DNA of 32,000 bases from Erysipelotrichaceae bacterium. GTDB taxonomy: Bacteria > Bacillota_I > Bacilli_A > Erysipelotrichales > Erysipelotrichaceae. The notes beneath the pieces were generated by a model. The model did not search any database. It had not been told where the DNA came from and was given only the letters and a program-made list of their open reading frames with translations. The stretch's first letter is position 1, and every line of letters begins with the position of its first letter. The stretch lies in the NCBI GenBank assembly GCA_030604855.1, contig JAUVVC010000003.1, forward strand, positions 150,001 through 182,000, written 5' to 3'. This document shows positions 1-8,664 of this stretch, one piece after another. The translations under genes were made by a program, and so were the position numbers.

Positions 1-185
1 TGACCGAGGACCAAAGCATCTACCTTGAAAACTATGGACACATGGGCCAAGTCGATCAGATTTTATCCTTGTGCTTAGCACTCGAATCCGGTCAAGTCAA
101 AGATGGTACGCTTGTCTGTATGTTGGCAGCGGGTATCGGTTATGTCTGGGCATCGAATATCGTACAGTGGGGAGAGATTCAATGA
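1..185 (+). CDS. 3'-terminal fragment (60 codons) of a KAS III (FabH)-like thiolase-fold enzyme; the 5' part lies outside the window
   Basis: Frame 3 is open from the window edge to TGA 183-185. It reads TEDQSIYLENYGHMGQVDQILSLCLALESGQVKDGTLVCMLAAGIGYVWASNIVQWGEIQ*. By eye this aligns with the FabH C-terminus (..R.GNTSAAS..L......G.i.pGd.v.l..fGgG..wg..l..w). The stop overlaps the next start (ATGA at 182-185). Confidence 0.6.
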   Translation, partial: TEDQSIYLENYGHMGQVDQILSLCLALESGQVKDGTLVCMLAAGIGYVWASNIVQWGEIQ

Positions 186-1057
186 GTACATTCGTACAAA
201 TCCTTCTAAGAAGTTTGGAATCGGGGAGTGTCTATGCCTTGGCCGCTTTGGGGATCATCGTCATTTATCGCACATCCAACATCACTAACTTCGCACAAGG
301 AGCTGTAGGGATGTTCAATACCTATGTCGTGACTTTCCTTGTGATTCAAGCAGGCTTTCCTTTATGGTTGGCAATCTTGGGTGGTGTAGGAACGGCAATT
401 TTGATGGGGTTCACGATTGATTATCTCGTCATTCGTCACACAAAGAAAGTATCGCCGGTAGCGAAACAAATCATCACTTTGGGCTTGATTATGGTTGTCT
501 TGGGCTTGGCTCCGATGTTCTTTGGAGTGGATCCTTTAAACCTTCCACGATTAATTCCGGATGGTAATGTCAATATCTTGGGTGCTAATCTTTCTTACAA
601 TGGTTTATTCAATATTGTGTTTGGATTTACACTGATGTTCATCCTGTTTTATATCCTGCAAAATACAAAAGTGGGATTGGCGGTTCGTACCACCGCATCC
701 AATGAGTACACAGCACGCTTGATGGGTGTACCCACCAAGACGGTTACCTTAGGGGCTTGGGCTCTAGCGGCAGTCTTAGGTTTACTGGCTGGGGTCATGA
801 TCGCCCCTACAACTTCCGTCAACTTGAATCTGATGGATGTGGTCCAAGTCAATGCCTTGATCGCATGTGTGTTTGGAGGATTTCAAACCTTCTACGGACC
901 TATTTTAGGGGCGTATATCATTGGCATCAGTCGGAATATGTTGCTTTATTACTATGATTCGGTCTGGGGTGGACAGATTTTATATGTTTTGATTCTCATC
1001 TTCTTAATCTTCAGACCCTATGGTTTGATCGGTAAGAAGGTCGTTAAGAAAGTGTAG
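182..1057 (+). CDS. Branched-chain-amino-acid-type (LivH-like) ABC transporter permease
   Basis: ORF 71-1057 trimmed to ATG 182, which has GGGGAGAG just upstream and ATGA coupling to the preceding gene. The N-terminus MSTFVQILLRSLESGSVYALAALGIIVIYR and the multi-TM hydrophobic profile are typical of LivH-family permeases. Confidence 0.9.
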   Translation: MSTFVQILLRSLESGSVYALAALGIIVIYRTSNITNFAQGAVGMFNTYVVTFLVIQAGFPLWLAILGGVGTAILMGFTIDYLVIRHTKKVSPVAKQIITLGLIMVVLGLAPMFFGVDPLNLPRLIPDGNVNILGANLSYNGLFNIVFGFTLMFILFYILQNTKVGLAVRTTASNEYTARLMGVPTKTVTLGAWALAAVLGLLAGVMIAPTTSVNLNLMDVVQVNALIACVFGGFQTFYGPILGAYIIGISRNMLLYYYDSVWGGQILYVLILIFLIFRPYGLIGKKVVKKV

Positions 1058-1064
1058 GTGTGCG

Positions 1065-2096
1065 ATGAACAAAGTAAAAACACAGCTAAACTTTAAAGCT
1101 TTATTCAAGAATCCCTATGTGCAATTCATCCTCTTTGGTTTGGTTCTGAGCACACTACCCCTATTGTCTATACAATTCAGCTTTATCAAATCGGCATATA
1201 TCACGACGGTCGGTGTGGCACTCATCTATGCCATAGCGGCCTTGGGCCTCAATCTCCTTTTAGGATGGTCAGGCCTCATCTCCTTGGGTACGGCTGGGTT
1301 CATGGGTCTTGCGAGTTATATCTCAGCCTACCTCACCGTGGATATGGGCTTGCCCTTCGAAGTCGCACTGCTTGCGGCCATCCTGGTTCCCACATTCATT
1401 GGTATCTTGGTGGGCTTGGTATCGCTCAAGATTGAAGGTTTGTATCTTGCGATTGCGACTTTGGCGGTATCTGAAATTTTGAGAAAAACCTTTGAAGAAT
1501 TTGATCAGTTCACAGGTGCCTTCAGCGGTAAATCCGCGAAGTTCCCACAGTTGTTTGGCATGTTTCAATTGGATCGTGGCAGCACCTATTGGTTGATCGT
1601 ATTCATTCTGATTCTGGTGATGTTGATTACCTATAACATGGTGAATGGTCAGATCGGAAGAGCATTGAATGCCATGCGTGGTTCTGAAGCTGCGGCTCAA
1701 GCCATGGGCGTCAATCTACTTAAGTATCGTCTTGTCGCCTTTGCCTTGGCAACCATCTTCGCATCGGTTGCGGGTGTATTGTATGTGCATTTCATTCGTT
1801 ATTCCTATCCGTCCTCTTGGACCTTGAAGTTATCCTTGGATTTCCTGGCGATGATCGTCATTGGGGGTCTCCGTTCGATTTATGGAACGGTCTTGGGTGC
1901 ATTCATTGTCTTTGCGGTTCCGGATCTATTCTTAAAACAAATTCCTTATTTCAGTCAGTTGTCGTATACCTTGAATGGTATCTTAATCATCTTGGTCATC
2001 ATGTTCTATCCCAATGGCATTGTTATGATTTTCAAAGATATTCGTCTCTGGGTGCTGAAGCTGCTTAAGAAGGGAGATCGAAATCATGTTAAATGA
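1065..2096 (+). CDS. LivM-like ABC transporter permease
   Basis: 343-aa polytopic membrane ORF lying 7 nt after the previous stop. It has the LivM-type core (..YAIAALGLNLLLGWSGLISLGTAGFMGLASY..). Confidence 0.9.
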   Translation: MNKVKTQLNFKALFKNPYVQFILFGLVLSTLPLLSIQFSFIKSAYITTVGVALIYAIAALGLNLLLGWSGLISLGTAGFMGLASYISAYLTVDMGLPFEVALLAAILVPTFIGILVGLVSLKIEGLYLAIATLAVSEILRKTFEEFDQFTGAFSGKSAKFPQLFGMFQLDRGSTYWLIVFILILVMLITYNMVNGQIGRALNAMRGSEAAAQAMGVNLLKYRLVAFALATIFASVAGVLYVHFIRYSYPSSWTLKLSLDFLAMIVIGGLRSIYGTVLGAFIVFAVPDLFLKQIPYFSQLSYTLNGILIILVIMFYPNGIVMIFKDIRLWVLKLLKKGDRNHVK

Positions 2097-2889
2097 AAAT
2101 GAAGTTCTAAAGATCGAACATCTCTCCATTCAATTTGGTGGACTTAAAGCCGTGGATGATTTGAGTTTCAGTATTCGTAAGAATGAGATTTATGGTTTGA
2201 TTGGCCCCAATGGAGCGGGTAAGACAACCGTCTTCAACTGCATCACACAGTTCTATAAACCAAACAAAGGAACCATCGAATTTAGATTGAAAAATGGCGG
2301 AAGTACGAATCTAGTGGACCACAAGGTTCATGAAATCATTCGCTTGGGCTTGGTTCGAACCTTTCAAAACGTTGAACTCATTCGTGAACTCAGTGTCTTG
2401 GATAATGTCATGATTGGAGCGCATATCGACTTTAAAGCATCGATGTTGGAGCAGGCCTTGAAGCTGCCGCGTGCACGTAAGGAAGAGAAAGCATTGCGTG
2501 AAGAAGCGGAAGAGATTCTACGTCGTTTGGATATCTATGATCGCAAGGATATGTTGGTCTGGGGTCAACCGTATGGGATTCTCAAGAAAGTTGAATTGGC
2601 ACGTACACTGATGTGTCGACCTAGTTTAATCATCTTGGATGAACCTGCGGCAGGTTTGAATGATGTGGAAACCCTTCAATTGGCTCAGCTCATTCGTCGT
2701 ATCCGTGATAAATTCGACTGCTCTGTTCTCTTGGTTGAACATGATATGCGTTTGGTTATGGATGTGTGTGATCGTATTTGTGCGATCTCCTTTGGTAGAT
2801 TCTTAGCAGAAGGAAGCGCTAAAGAGATTCAGGTGAATCCTTTGGTTCAAGAAGCCTACTTAGGCTCTAAGGAGGAAGAACATGCCTAA
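2086..2889 (+). CDS. LivG-like ABC transporter ATP-binding protein
   Basis: Walker A GPNGAGKTT and Walker B LIILDEPAAGL are present, and the C-terminal EAYLG is typical of LivG. It overlaps the upstream gene by 11 nt. Confidence 0.92.
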   Translation: MLNENEVLKIEHLSIQFGGLKAVDDLSFSIRKNEIYGLIGPNGAGKTTVFNCITQFYKPNKGTIEFRLKNGGSTNLVDHKVHEIIRLGLVRTFQNVELIRELSVLDNVMIGAHIDFKASMLEQALKLPRARKEEKALREEAEEILRRLDIYDRKDMLVWGQPYGILKKVELARTLMCRPSLIILDEPAAGLNDVETLQLAQLIRRIRDKFDCSVLLVEHDMRLVMDVCDRICAISFGRFLAEGSAKEIQVNPLVQEAYLGSKEEEHA

Positions 2890-3601
2890 GACAGCACTCT
2901 TCGTCAAAGGACTCAAAGTACGCTATGGAGCGATTGAAGCCATCAAAGGCATCGATATGGAAGTGTTTGAAGGCGATGTCGTCGCCATCTTAGGTGCGAA
3001 TGGTGCGGGGAAGACCTCAACCTTACGGACCTTGTCGGGATTGATTGAACCTGCAGAGGGTTCGATCCTCTTCTACAACCAAGAAATTGGAAGTATGGAG
3101 CCGGAAAAGATCGCAGCTTTGGGCATTGCCCAATCGCCCGAAGGGCGTCAAGTCTTTCGTGATTTGACGGTTGAAGAGAATTTGAAAGTCGGTGCGTTCA
3201 CTGTTAAAGATAAAAAACGCATCGCAGAGCAGTTTGAAAAAGTCTATCGTTATTTCCCCGTCTTGAAGGAACGTAAGCAACAAATCGCTTCGACTCTCTC
3301 CGGTGGTGAACAACAAATGCTGGCGATTGGCCGTGCGTTGATGAGTTGTCCAAAGATCCTCTTGTTGGATGAACCTTCCTTAGGTTTAGCCCCACTGATC
3401 ATTCGTGACATCCTAAACATCGTTCTTGAAATTAAAAAAGAAGGTGTGACGGTCATCATCGTCGAACAGAATGCGGCACAGACTTTAAAGATTGCGGACT
3501 ATGCCTACGTGTTGGAGTTGGGTGAAATCAAAACCCATGGACCTGCACAAGATTTGTTACATGATCCTAAGCTGATAGAAGCGTATTTGGGATCTCACTA
3601 A
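2882..3601 (+). CDS. LivF-like ABC transporter ATP-binding protein
   Basis: Walker A GANGAGKTS, ABC signature LSGGEQQML, Walker B LLLDEPSLGL and a C-terminal EAYLG. It overlaps livG-like by 8 nt. Confidence 0.92.
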   Translation: MPKTALFVKGLKVRYGAIEAIKGIDMEVFEGDVVAILGANGAGKTSTLRTLSGLIEPAEGSILFYNQEIGSMEPEKIAALGIAQSPEGRQVFRDLTVEENLKVGAFTVKDKKRIAEQFEKVYRYFPVLKERKQQIASTLSGGEQQMLAIGRALMSCPKILLLDEPSLGLAPLIIRDILNIVLEIKKEGVTVIIVEQNAAQTLKIADYAYVLELGEIKTHGPAQDLLHDPKLIEAYLGSH

Positions 3602-3641
3602 GGTATCAATGCGAAAAGCATTATATAAAAAAGGAGGAATA

Positions 3642-4865
3642 ATGATGTTAAAGAAGTTCGTATTGCTTCTGATTTCGGTTTTGGTTGTGAGCTCACTTGT
3701 AGCTTGTAGTCCAGCTGAGGAAGAAGTCAAAGAAGTTGCTGCTCAAGGGATTACGGATACGGAAGTCCTGATTGCCAACTGTGCAGCGACCTCAGGTGCG
3801 TTTGCAGCTGTAGGTGTTCCGTTTATTGCTGGGATTGAAGCATATTTGAAGACGGTAAATGATGCGGGTGGTATCGATGGTCGTACGATCAAATTCTTAC
3901 ACCAAGACGATGAATTCGATCCTGCAAAGGGTAAAGCATGTTTGGCTTCCATGGTTGAAGATGAAAAAGTCTTCGCTATCGTGGGTCACTTCGGTACGCC
4001 AGTTGTTGGGGCTACCTTGGAAGACTTGAAGGATTATGGCATTCCTGCTGTTTACTTCGCTACCGGTATCGGCCAATTGTACAACGACAAAGCTGAAGGT
4101 CGCGATCGTGGTATCATGCCTGTTCAACCGATCTATGTAACAGAAGGTCAAATCATGGTTGCACGTGCAGTTGGGGATTTCGGTGCTAAAACGATTGGTA
4201 TCATCTATACCAATGACGATGCTGGTAAAGATCTTCTTAAAGGTGCTCAAATCAAGGCTGCTGAATTAGGTATCACTTTGGTTGAAGCACAAGTTGCGCC
4301 AGGAACAGATGATGCGTCTGCTGCTGTCACAACGATTAAAGATGCGAATGTCGACTTTATCATCGGTGGGGCAATCCAAGCGACGATCCCAACGATCATC
4401 AAAGAATTAGCTGCTCAAGGAAACGATAAAGATGTCATCACGACCTATGTCAACGTGGCGCCAGTCATCGCTGAAGCAGTCATGGCTGTAACAGAAGGTA
4501 AGTTTGATGTGTATGGTAATGGTTGGGTTTCCTTTGAAGGCGATCGTATGAATGCGCTTCAAGAATTTGCAGCTGCTGCTCCAGACTATGCGGCCAATGC
4601 GTATGCAATGACCGGTTGGATCGCCGCAAGCTTCTTTGTGGAAGGCTTACGTCGTTTAGAAGGCGATGAAATCATCACTTGGGAAAACTATCTTGATGCG
4701 ATGGAATCGGCTCCAATCACAAACCCATTCGGTGGTGTGATTGACTTTGGTGGCGGCAAACGTGCTGGTACTCAAGAAATGAATCTTTCGAAAATCAATT
4801 CAACAGCGCCTACAAAATGGGAAGTTGTGGATGGATTGCGTTCGATGGATGATTTGTTAAACTAA
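3642..4865 (+). CDS. ABC transporter substrate-binding lipoprotein (LivK / Peripla_BP_6-like)
   Basis: ORF 3609-4865 trimmed to ATG 3642, with AAGGAGG at 3631-3637. The signal peptide MMLKKFVLLLISVLVVSSLVAC carries the lipobox LVAC. The motif ..YLKTVNDAGGIDGRTIKFLHQDDEFDPAKG.. is typical of LivK-type binding proteins. Confidence 0.85.
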   Translation: MMLKKFVLLLISVLVVSSLVACSPAEEEVKEVAAQGITDTEVLIANCAATSGAFAAVGVPFIAGIEAYLKTVNDAGGIDGRTIKFLHQDDEFDPAKGKACLASMVEDEKVFAIVGHFGTPVVGATLEDLKDYGIPAVYFATGIGQLYNDKAEGRDRGIMPVQPIYVTEGQIMVARAVGDFGAKTIGIIYTNDDAGKDLLKGAQIKAAELGITLVEAQVAPGTDDASAAVTTIKDANVDFIIGGAIQATIPTIIKELAAQGNDKDVITTYVNVAPVIAEAVMAVTEGKFDVYGNGWVSFEGDRMNALQEFAAAAPDYAANAYAMTGWIAASFFVEGLRRLEGDEIITWENYLDAMESAPITNPFGGVIDFGGGKRAGTQEMNLSKINSTAPTKWEVVDGLRSMDDLLN

Positions 4866-4884
4866 AAGGATTAAAATTAATAAG

Positions 4885-4908
4885 GTTGCGGAGGGAAACC
4901 TCCGCAAC
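4885..4908 (+). other. Perfect 10-bp GC-rich hairpin with a GAAA loop in the 61-nt gap after the binding-protein gene; no U-tract
   Basis: GTTGCGGAGG-GAAA-CCTCCGCAAC, followed by ATCTTCAAGGAG, which is the RBS of the next gene. The missing T-run argues against a strong intrinsic terminator. Confidence 0.5.
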
Positions 4909-4926
4909 ATCTTCAAGGAGAACCCC

Positions 4927-6234
4927 ATGGATATTTCAAAAAAGAAGATTACGGCTCAAGAAGCCATGCGTTTTGTAAAGAGTGGCATGATGATCGTCAC
5001 AGGCTTAGGGGCTGCGGAAGGCCGTGCGTTCTTAAGTGAACTGCACACGATTGCGGACCAGGTCAGTGGTGTGACCATCACCAATTGTCTACCGATGTCT
5101 TCACCACAGTTTTATGACAAAATGTATAAGCATTCGTTCTATGTGGATGGATGGTTTTACTCACCTTCATTACGTAAAGCGCATGCCAATGGAAATATCT
5201 CATTCATACCCAATCACTTGCATCTTGCGGGGAAGAAACGCTTGGCGCATGTGCATACCGATATTTATGTGGGCGCTTGTTCAATGCCAGACAAACATGG
5301 TTTCGTGTCACTTTCTTTAAGCAACACCTACGAAAAACGTGTCATTGAAGAAGCGGATTTGGTGATCCTTGAAATCAATCCAAACATGCCTTATACCTAT
5401 GGCGATGTGGAACTGCATCTAAGTGAAGTGGACTATGTCATTGAAGTGGACTATCCTGCTCCAGAATTACCGGATGTCCCTTCGTCAGAGAAGGATATCA
5501 TCATTGGCAACTCGATTGCGTCTTACATCAATGATGGGGATTGCATTCAACTGGGCATCGGTGGGATGCCAAATGCCGTCGCAAACGCTTTGGTCAATAA
5601 AAAAGACTTGGGCGTGCATACGGAAATGTTGACAACCGGTTTGATGAAACTTGCGAAGTTGGGTGTCATCAATGGTAAGAAGAAACAAACGCACAAAGGC
5701 AAAATGGTCTGTACCTTTGCCTTGGGTAATCAAGAATTGTATGACTTTGTGGATCAGAATCCCTCCGTTGCCTTCTTGGATGGGGCGTATGTCAATGATC
5801 CAGCTGTCATTGGTTTGAATGACAATCAAATATCCATAAACTCAACCCTTGAGATTGATCTGACCGGACAATGTTGCTCAGAATCCATAGGATCGGTTCA
5901 ATTCAGTGGAACCGGGGGTCAAGTGGATACTGCTGTAGGTGCGCAGAACTCTAAAAATGGAAAATCCTTTATCGCGCTCTATTCAACCGCAATGGTTAAG
6001 AATCCAGAGACCGGTGAGCGTGAAGAAGTCTCTAAAATCGTAGCTCAACTTAGACCCGGTGCTGCTGTGACCTTAAGTCGTAATGATGTGGATTACGTTG
6101 TTACAGAGTACGGTGTCGTTAACCTGAAAGGTACGAACATTCGTGAACGTGTCCATCTCTTGATTTCCATCGCCCATCCAAAATTCCGTGAAGAACTTCT
6201 GACACAAGCAAAAGCTCTGGGTATCTTGATCTAA
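4927..6234 (+). CDS. Acetyl-CoA hydrolase/transferase-family CoA-transferase (4-hydroxybutyrate / butyryl-CoA:acetate CoA-transferase-like)
   Basis: 435 aa with AAGGAGA 6 nt upstream. N-terminus ..ITAQEAMRFVKSGMMIVTGLGAAEG.., central ..IQLGIGGMPNAV..GVHTEMLTTG.. and C-terminal ..VDYVVTEYGVVNLKG.. all fit this family. Confidence 0.85.
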   Translation: MDISKKKITAQEAMRFVKSGMMIVTGLGAAEGRAFLSELHTIADQVSGVTITNCLPMSSPQFYDKMYKHSFYVDGWFYSPSLRKAHANGNISFIPNHLHLAGKKRLAHVHTDIYVGACSMPDKHGFVSLSLSNTYEKRVIEEADLVILEINPNMPYTYGDVELHLSEVDYVIEVDYPAPELPDVPSSEKDIIIGNSIASYINDGDCIQLGIGGMPNAVANALVNKKDLGVHTEMLTTGLMKLAKLGVINGKKKQTHKGKMVCTFALGNQELYDFVDQNPSVAFLDGAYVNDPAVIGLNDNQISINSTLEIDLTGQCCSESIGSVQFSGTGGQVDTAVGAQNSKNGKSFIALYSTAMVKNPETGEREEVSKIVAQLRPGAAVTLSRNDVDYVVTEYGVVNLKGTNIRERVHLLISIAHPKFREELLTQAKALGILI

Positions 6235-7049
6235 TGGCAACGTTTGAACATCAGAATCATAAAATCTATTATGAGGTCTATGGTCAAGGTAAACCACTTT
6301 TGATTCTGAATGGCATCATGATGTCCACTGCCAGTTGGCAGATGTTCATCACAAGCTTCAGCCAACATAATCAACTCATTTTGATGGACATGTTGGACCA
6401 AGGCCAATCATCTAAATTAGTAGACCAAGAATACAATCAAAAAGTACAGGTCGATGCGGTCAAAGCCTTGATCGATCACCTCCATTTAAAGAATCTCGCC
6501 TTGTTTGGAATTTCGTATGGTGGTGAAGTTGCGATGCAAATCGCGATCCAATATCCACATGTGGTCGAGAGATTGTTGTTATTTAATACAACCGCACACA
6601 CCAATGCCTGGTTACGTGAAATCGGAAATGCCTGGAATCTTGCGAGCACAAATGCCGAAGCTTATTATGGCACAACCATTCCGGTCATTTATTCCTCACA
6701 CTTCTATGAAAGCAAAGCTGAATGGATGACTAGACGCAAAGAAATATTGTTAAAGATATTCGCTAATCCTGAATTCGCACAAGCCATGGTTCGCTTGACC
6801 AACAGTGCGAATGACTTGGATGTGCGCAAACAATTGCACAAGATCCAATGTCCTTGTCTGATTGTTGGGAGTGAAGAGGATGCGATCACACCACTCAGCC
6901 ACCAGCGCCTTCTCCATGAACACATCAAGGGTTCTCAGTTGGTTGTCGTGCCAGGAAGTGGCCATGCGTCGATGTATGAGAAACCCATGTTATTCAGTAG
7001 TTTGGTCTTGGGATTTGTCCTCTCTGAGGTTATTCCAGATGTGGTATAA
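6234..7049 (+). CDS. Alpha/beta-fold hydrolase
   Basis: 271 aa with a TAATG stop/start overlap with the CoA-transferase gene. It has the nucleophile elbow GISYGG, and GSGHASMYEKP near the C-terminus is typical of the catalytic-His region. Confidence 0.8.
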   Translation: MATFEHQNHKIYYEVYGQGKPLLILNGIMMSTASWQMFITSFSQHNQLILMDMLDQGQSSKLVDQEYNQKVQVDAVKALIDHLHLKNLALFGISYGGEVAMQIAIQYPHVVERLLLFNTTAHTNAWLREIGNAWNLASTNAEAYYGTTIPVIYSSHFYESKAEWMTRRKEILLKIFANPEFAQAMVRLTNSANDLDVRKQLHKIQCPCLIVGSEEDAITPLSHQRLLHEHIKGSQLVVVPGSGHASMYEKPMLFSSLVLGFVLSEVIPDVV

Positions 7050-7070
7050 TGTCCACATTAAGGTGAAAAT

Positions 7071-7661
7071 TTGAACACACTTGTAAACTTACCGAAAACA
7101 AAGCGTGGACAGGCGACGCTCGATCGCATCTGTTCTTCAGCGGAACAACTCTTCTTTAAAAAGGGTTATCATGCGACGTCGATCAACGACATCACGTATA
7201 AGGCGAAGGTTGCGCCGGGAACTTTTTACATCTACTTTACAGATAAGGTAAGTGTCTACAAATATCTCTTGATTTCGTACAGTCATGCGATTCGAATGAA
7301 CATTGCGAAGGATGTCAAAGGTGTTCATTCGCGTAAGGAAGCGGAACGGATTGGTTTGAAGAGTTTCTTGACTTTCATCAAGGAACATCCGCATGTCTAT
7401 AACATCATTTGGGAATCACTCTATATCGATAAGAAACTCTTCATTGAGTACTATACCGAGTTTGCGCAGGTTTATATCGAACACATCCAAAGAGCTCAAG
7501 CAGAAGGTCAGATGCGGGACCATGATCCTGAAGTGGTGGCATATCTCTTGATGGGGGTTTCCAACTTTATTGGTTTGAATTGGATTATGTTTAAGGAAGC
7601 GACGGAGTTTGATGATGTGGTGGATAAGGTCATCAAAGCGTTGGATGAGGGATTATTTTAA
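7071..7661 (+). CDS. TetR/AcrR-family transcriptional regulator
   Basis: 196 aa with a TTG start preceded by AAGGTGA. The N-terminal HTH reads ..AEQLFFKKGYHATSINDITYKAKVAPGTFYIYFTDK... Confidence 0.82.
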   Translation: MNTLVNLPKTKRGQATLDRICSSAEQLFFKKGYHATSINDITYKAKVAPGTFYIYFTDKVSVYKYLLISYSHAIRMNIAKDVKGVHSRKEAERIGLKSFLTFIKEHPHVYNIIWESLYIDKKLFIEYYTEFAQVYIEHIQRAQAEGQMRDHDPEVVAYLLMGVSNFIGLNWIMFKEATEFDDVVDKVIKALDEGLF

Positions 7662-7683
7662 AAGGTGACTTCACCTTTTTTTC
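7659..7683 (+). terminator. Rho-independent terminator after the TetR gene
   Basis: AAAAGGTG-ACTT-CACCTTTTTTT begins at the stop codon. Confidence 0.7.
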
Positions 7684-7709
7684 ACGAAAGAGGTGTTTTG
7701 TATTATAAT
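7681..7709 (+). promoter_or_regulatory. Sigma-A-type promoter for maf
   Basis: TTCACG (7681-7686), a 17-nt spacer, then TATAAT (7704-7709). The maf ATG at 7716 sits where the transcription start is expected. Confidence 0.5.
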
Positions 7710-7715
7710 TGAGGT

Positions 7716-8282
7716 ATGCAAAAACACTATATTTTGGCAAGCCAAAGCCCACGTCGTCGGGAACTCTTGAATCTGATGGGGATACCGTTTACGACTGTGA
7801 ATCCAAATGTTGAGGAAAGCATCGATCCGAATTATCCTTTAGAGATTGCCATTGAGAAATTGGCGTTGCTCAAGGCGCAAGAGGTATTGAAGCGGCATCC
7901 TGAGGCCAACATTATTTCAGCGGATACGATCGTCGTATGTGAAAATGAGGTTATGGGGAAACCGATCGACGAAGAGGATGCTCTCTTGATGTTAAAGAAG
8001 TTGTCTGGACGTAAACATGAAGTGATCACAGGAGTTTGCTTATTGAATCAGCACAAGTCGATTTGTTTCCATTCTAAGACGGTCGTCGAGTTCTACCCTT
8101 ATGATGAAGAGTTTGTGAAGACCTATGTGCATTCCAAGGTTCCGATGGATAAAGCGGGAGCGTATGGGATACAGGATAAAGGGGCTTTATTGATCAAAGG
8201 AATCGAAGGGGATTTCTATACGGTCATGGGTCTACCGATTGCGATGTTGTATCAGAATCTGGATGAATTCAATAAAGAATAA
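7716..8282 (+). CDS. maf: Maf-family nucleoside-triphosphate pyrophosphatase (septum formation protein Maf)
   Basis: 188 aa. N-terminus ..YILASQSPRRRELLNLMGIPF.. and C-terminal ..DKAGAYGIQDKGALLIKGIEGDFYTVMGLP.. are the canonical Maf motifs. Confidence 0.92.
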   Translation: MQKHYILASQSPRRRELLNLMGIPFTTVNPNVEESIDPNYPLEIAIEKLALLKAQEVLKRHPEANIISADTIVVCENEVMGKPIDEEDALLMLKKLSGRKHEVITGVCLLNQHKSICFHSKTVVEFYPYDEEFVKTYVHSKVPMDKAGAYGIQDKGALLIKGIEGDFYTVMGLPIAMLYQNLDEFNKE

Positions 8283-8293
8283 TGAAATAAACG

Positions 8294-8321
8294 AAGCGAT
8301 TGCGTAAGCAATGGCTTTTTT
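8294..8321 (+). terminator. Rho-independent terminator after maf
   Basis: AAGCGATTGC-GTAA-GCAATGGCTT (one mismatch) followed by a T6 run. Confidence 0.65.
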
Positions 8322-8341
8322 ATAAAAAGCAGCCAAATTTC

Positions 8342-8370
8342 TTGCATTCTATGCGTTTTTTGAGTATTAT
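8342..8370 (+). promoter_or_regulatory. Promoter for tRNA-Thr
   Basis: TTGCAT (8342-8347), a 17-nt spacer, then TATTAT (8365-8370). This lies 11 nt upstream of the tRNA 5' end. Confidence 0.5.
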
Positions 8371-8381
8371 ATTTAGGCAAC

Positions 8382-8455
8382 GCCGTCATAGTTCAATGGT
8401 AAAATAGAGCAATGGTAATGCTCAGCTCCGAGTTCGATTCTCGGTGACGGCACCA
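8382..8455 (+). tRNA. tRNA-Thr (anticodon GGU), CCA encoded
   Basis: Cloverleaf read by hand. Acceptor GCCGTCA/TGACGGC, anticodon stem GAGCA/TGCTC with loop AT-GGT-AA, T arm CCGAG-TTCGATT-CTCGG, discriminator A plus CCA. The D stem is weak (GTTC/AAAT). Confidence 0.8.
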
Positions 8456-8466
8456 GTTGAGAACAG

Positions 8467-8491
8467 AACCCTTCAGAAATGGAGGGTTTTT
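8467..8491 (+). terminator. Rho-independent terminator after tRNA-Thr
   Basis: AACCCT-TCAGAAATGG-AGGGTT followed by TTT. Confidence 0.55.
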
Positions 8492-8564
8492 CAATCTCAA
8501 TACTAGTGAGTCTTGAATAAATGATTCCAACTAATAGGAAGAATTACGAATTATGCGGTTTTAT

Positions 8565-8593
8565 AAGTATGCAACTATTTATCAAGTATGCAA
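8565..8593. repeat. Tandem direct repeat AAGTATGCAA(N)TA, two copies 19 nt apart
   Basis: AAGTATGCAA occurs at 8565-8574 and again at 8584-8593 inside the ORF-free region. Confidence 0.6.
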
Positions 8594-8664
8594 TTAATTG
8601 AACATGAGAATAGAGTTGGAGAATTACATACTAAAAAATAGTGCGAAAAGATGCTTTCAACACA

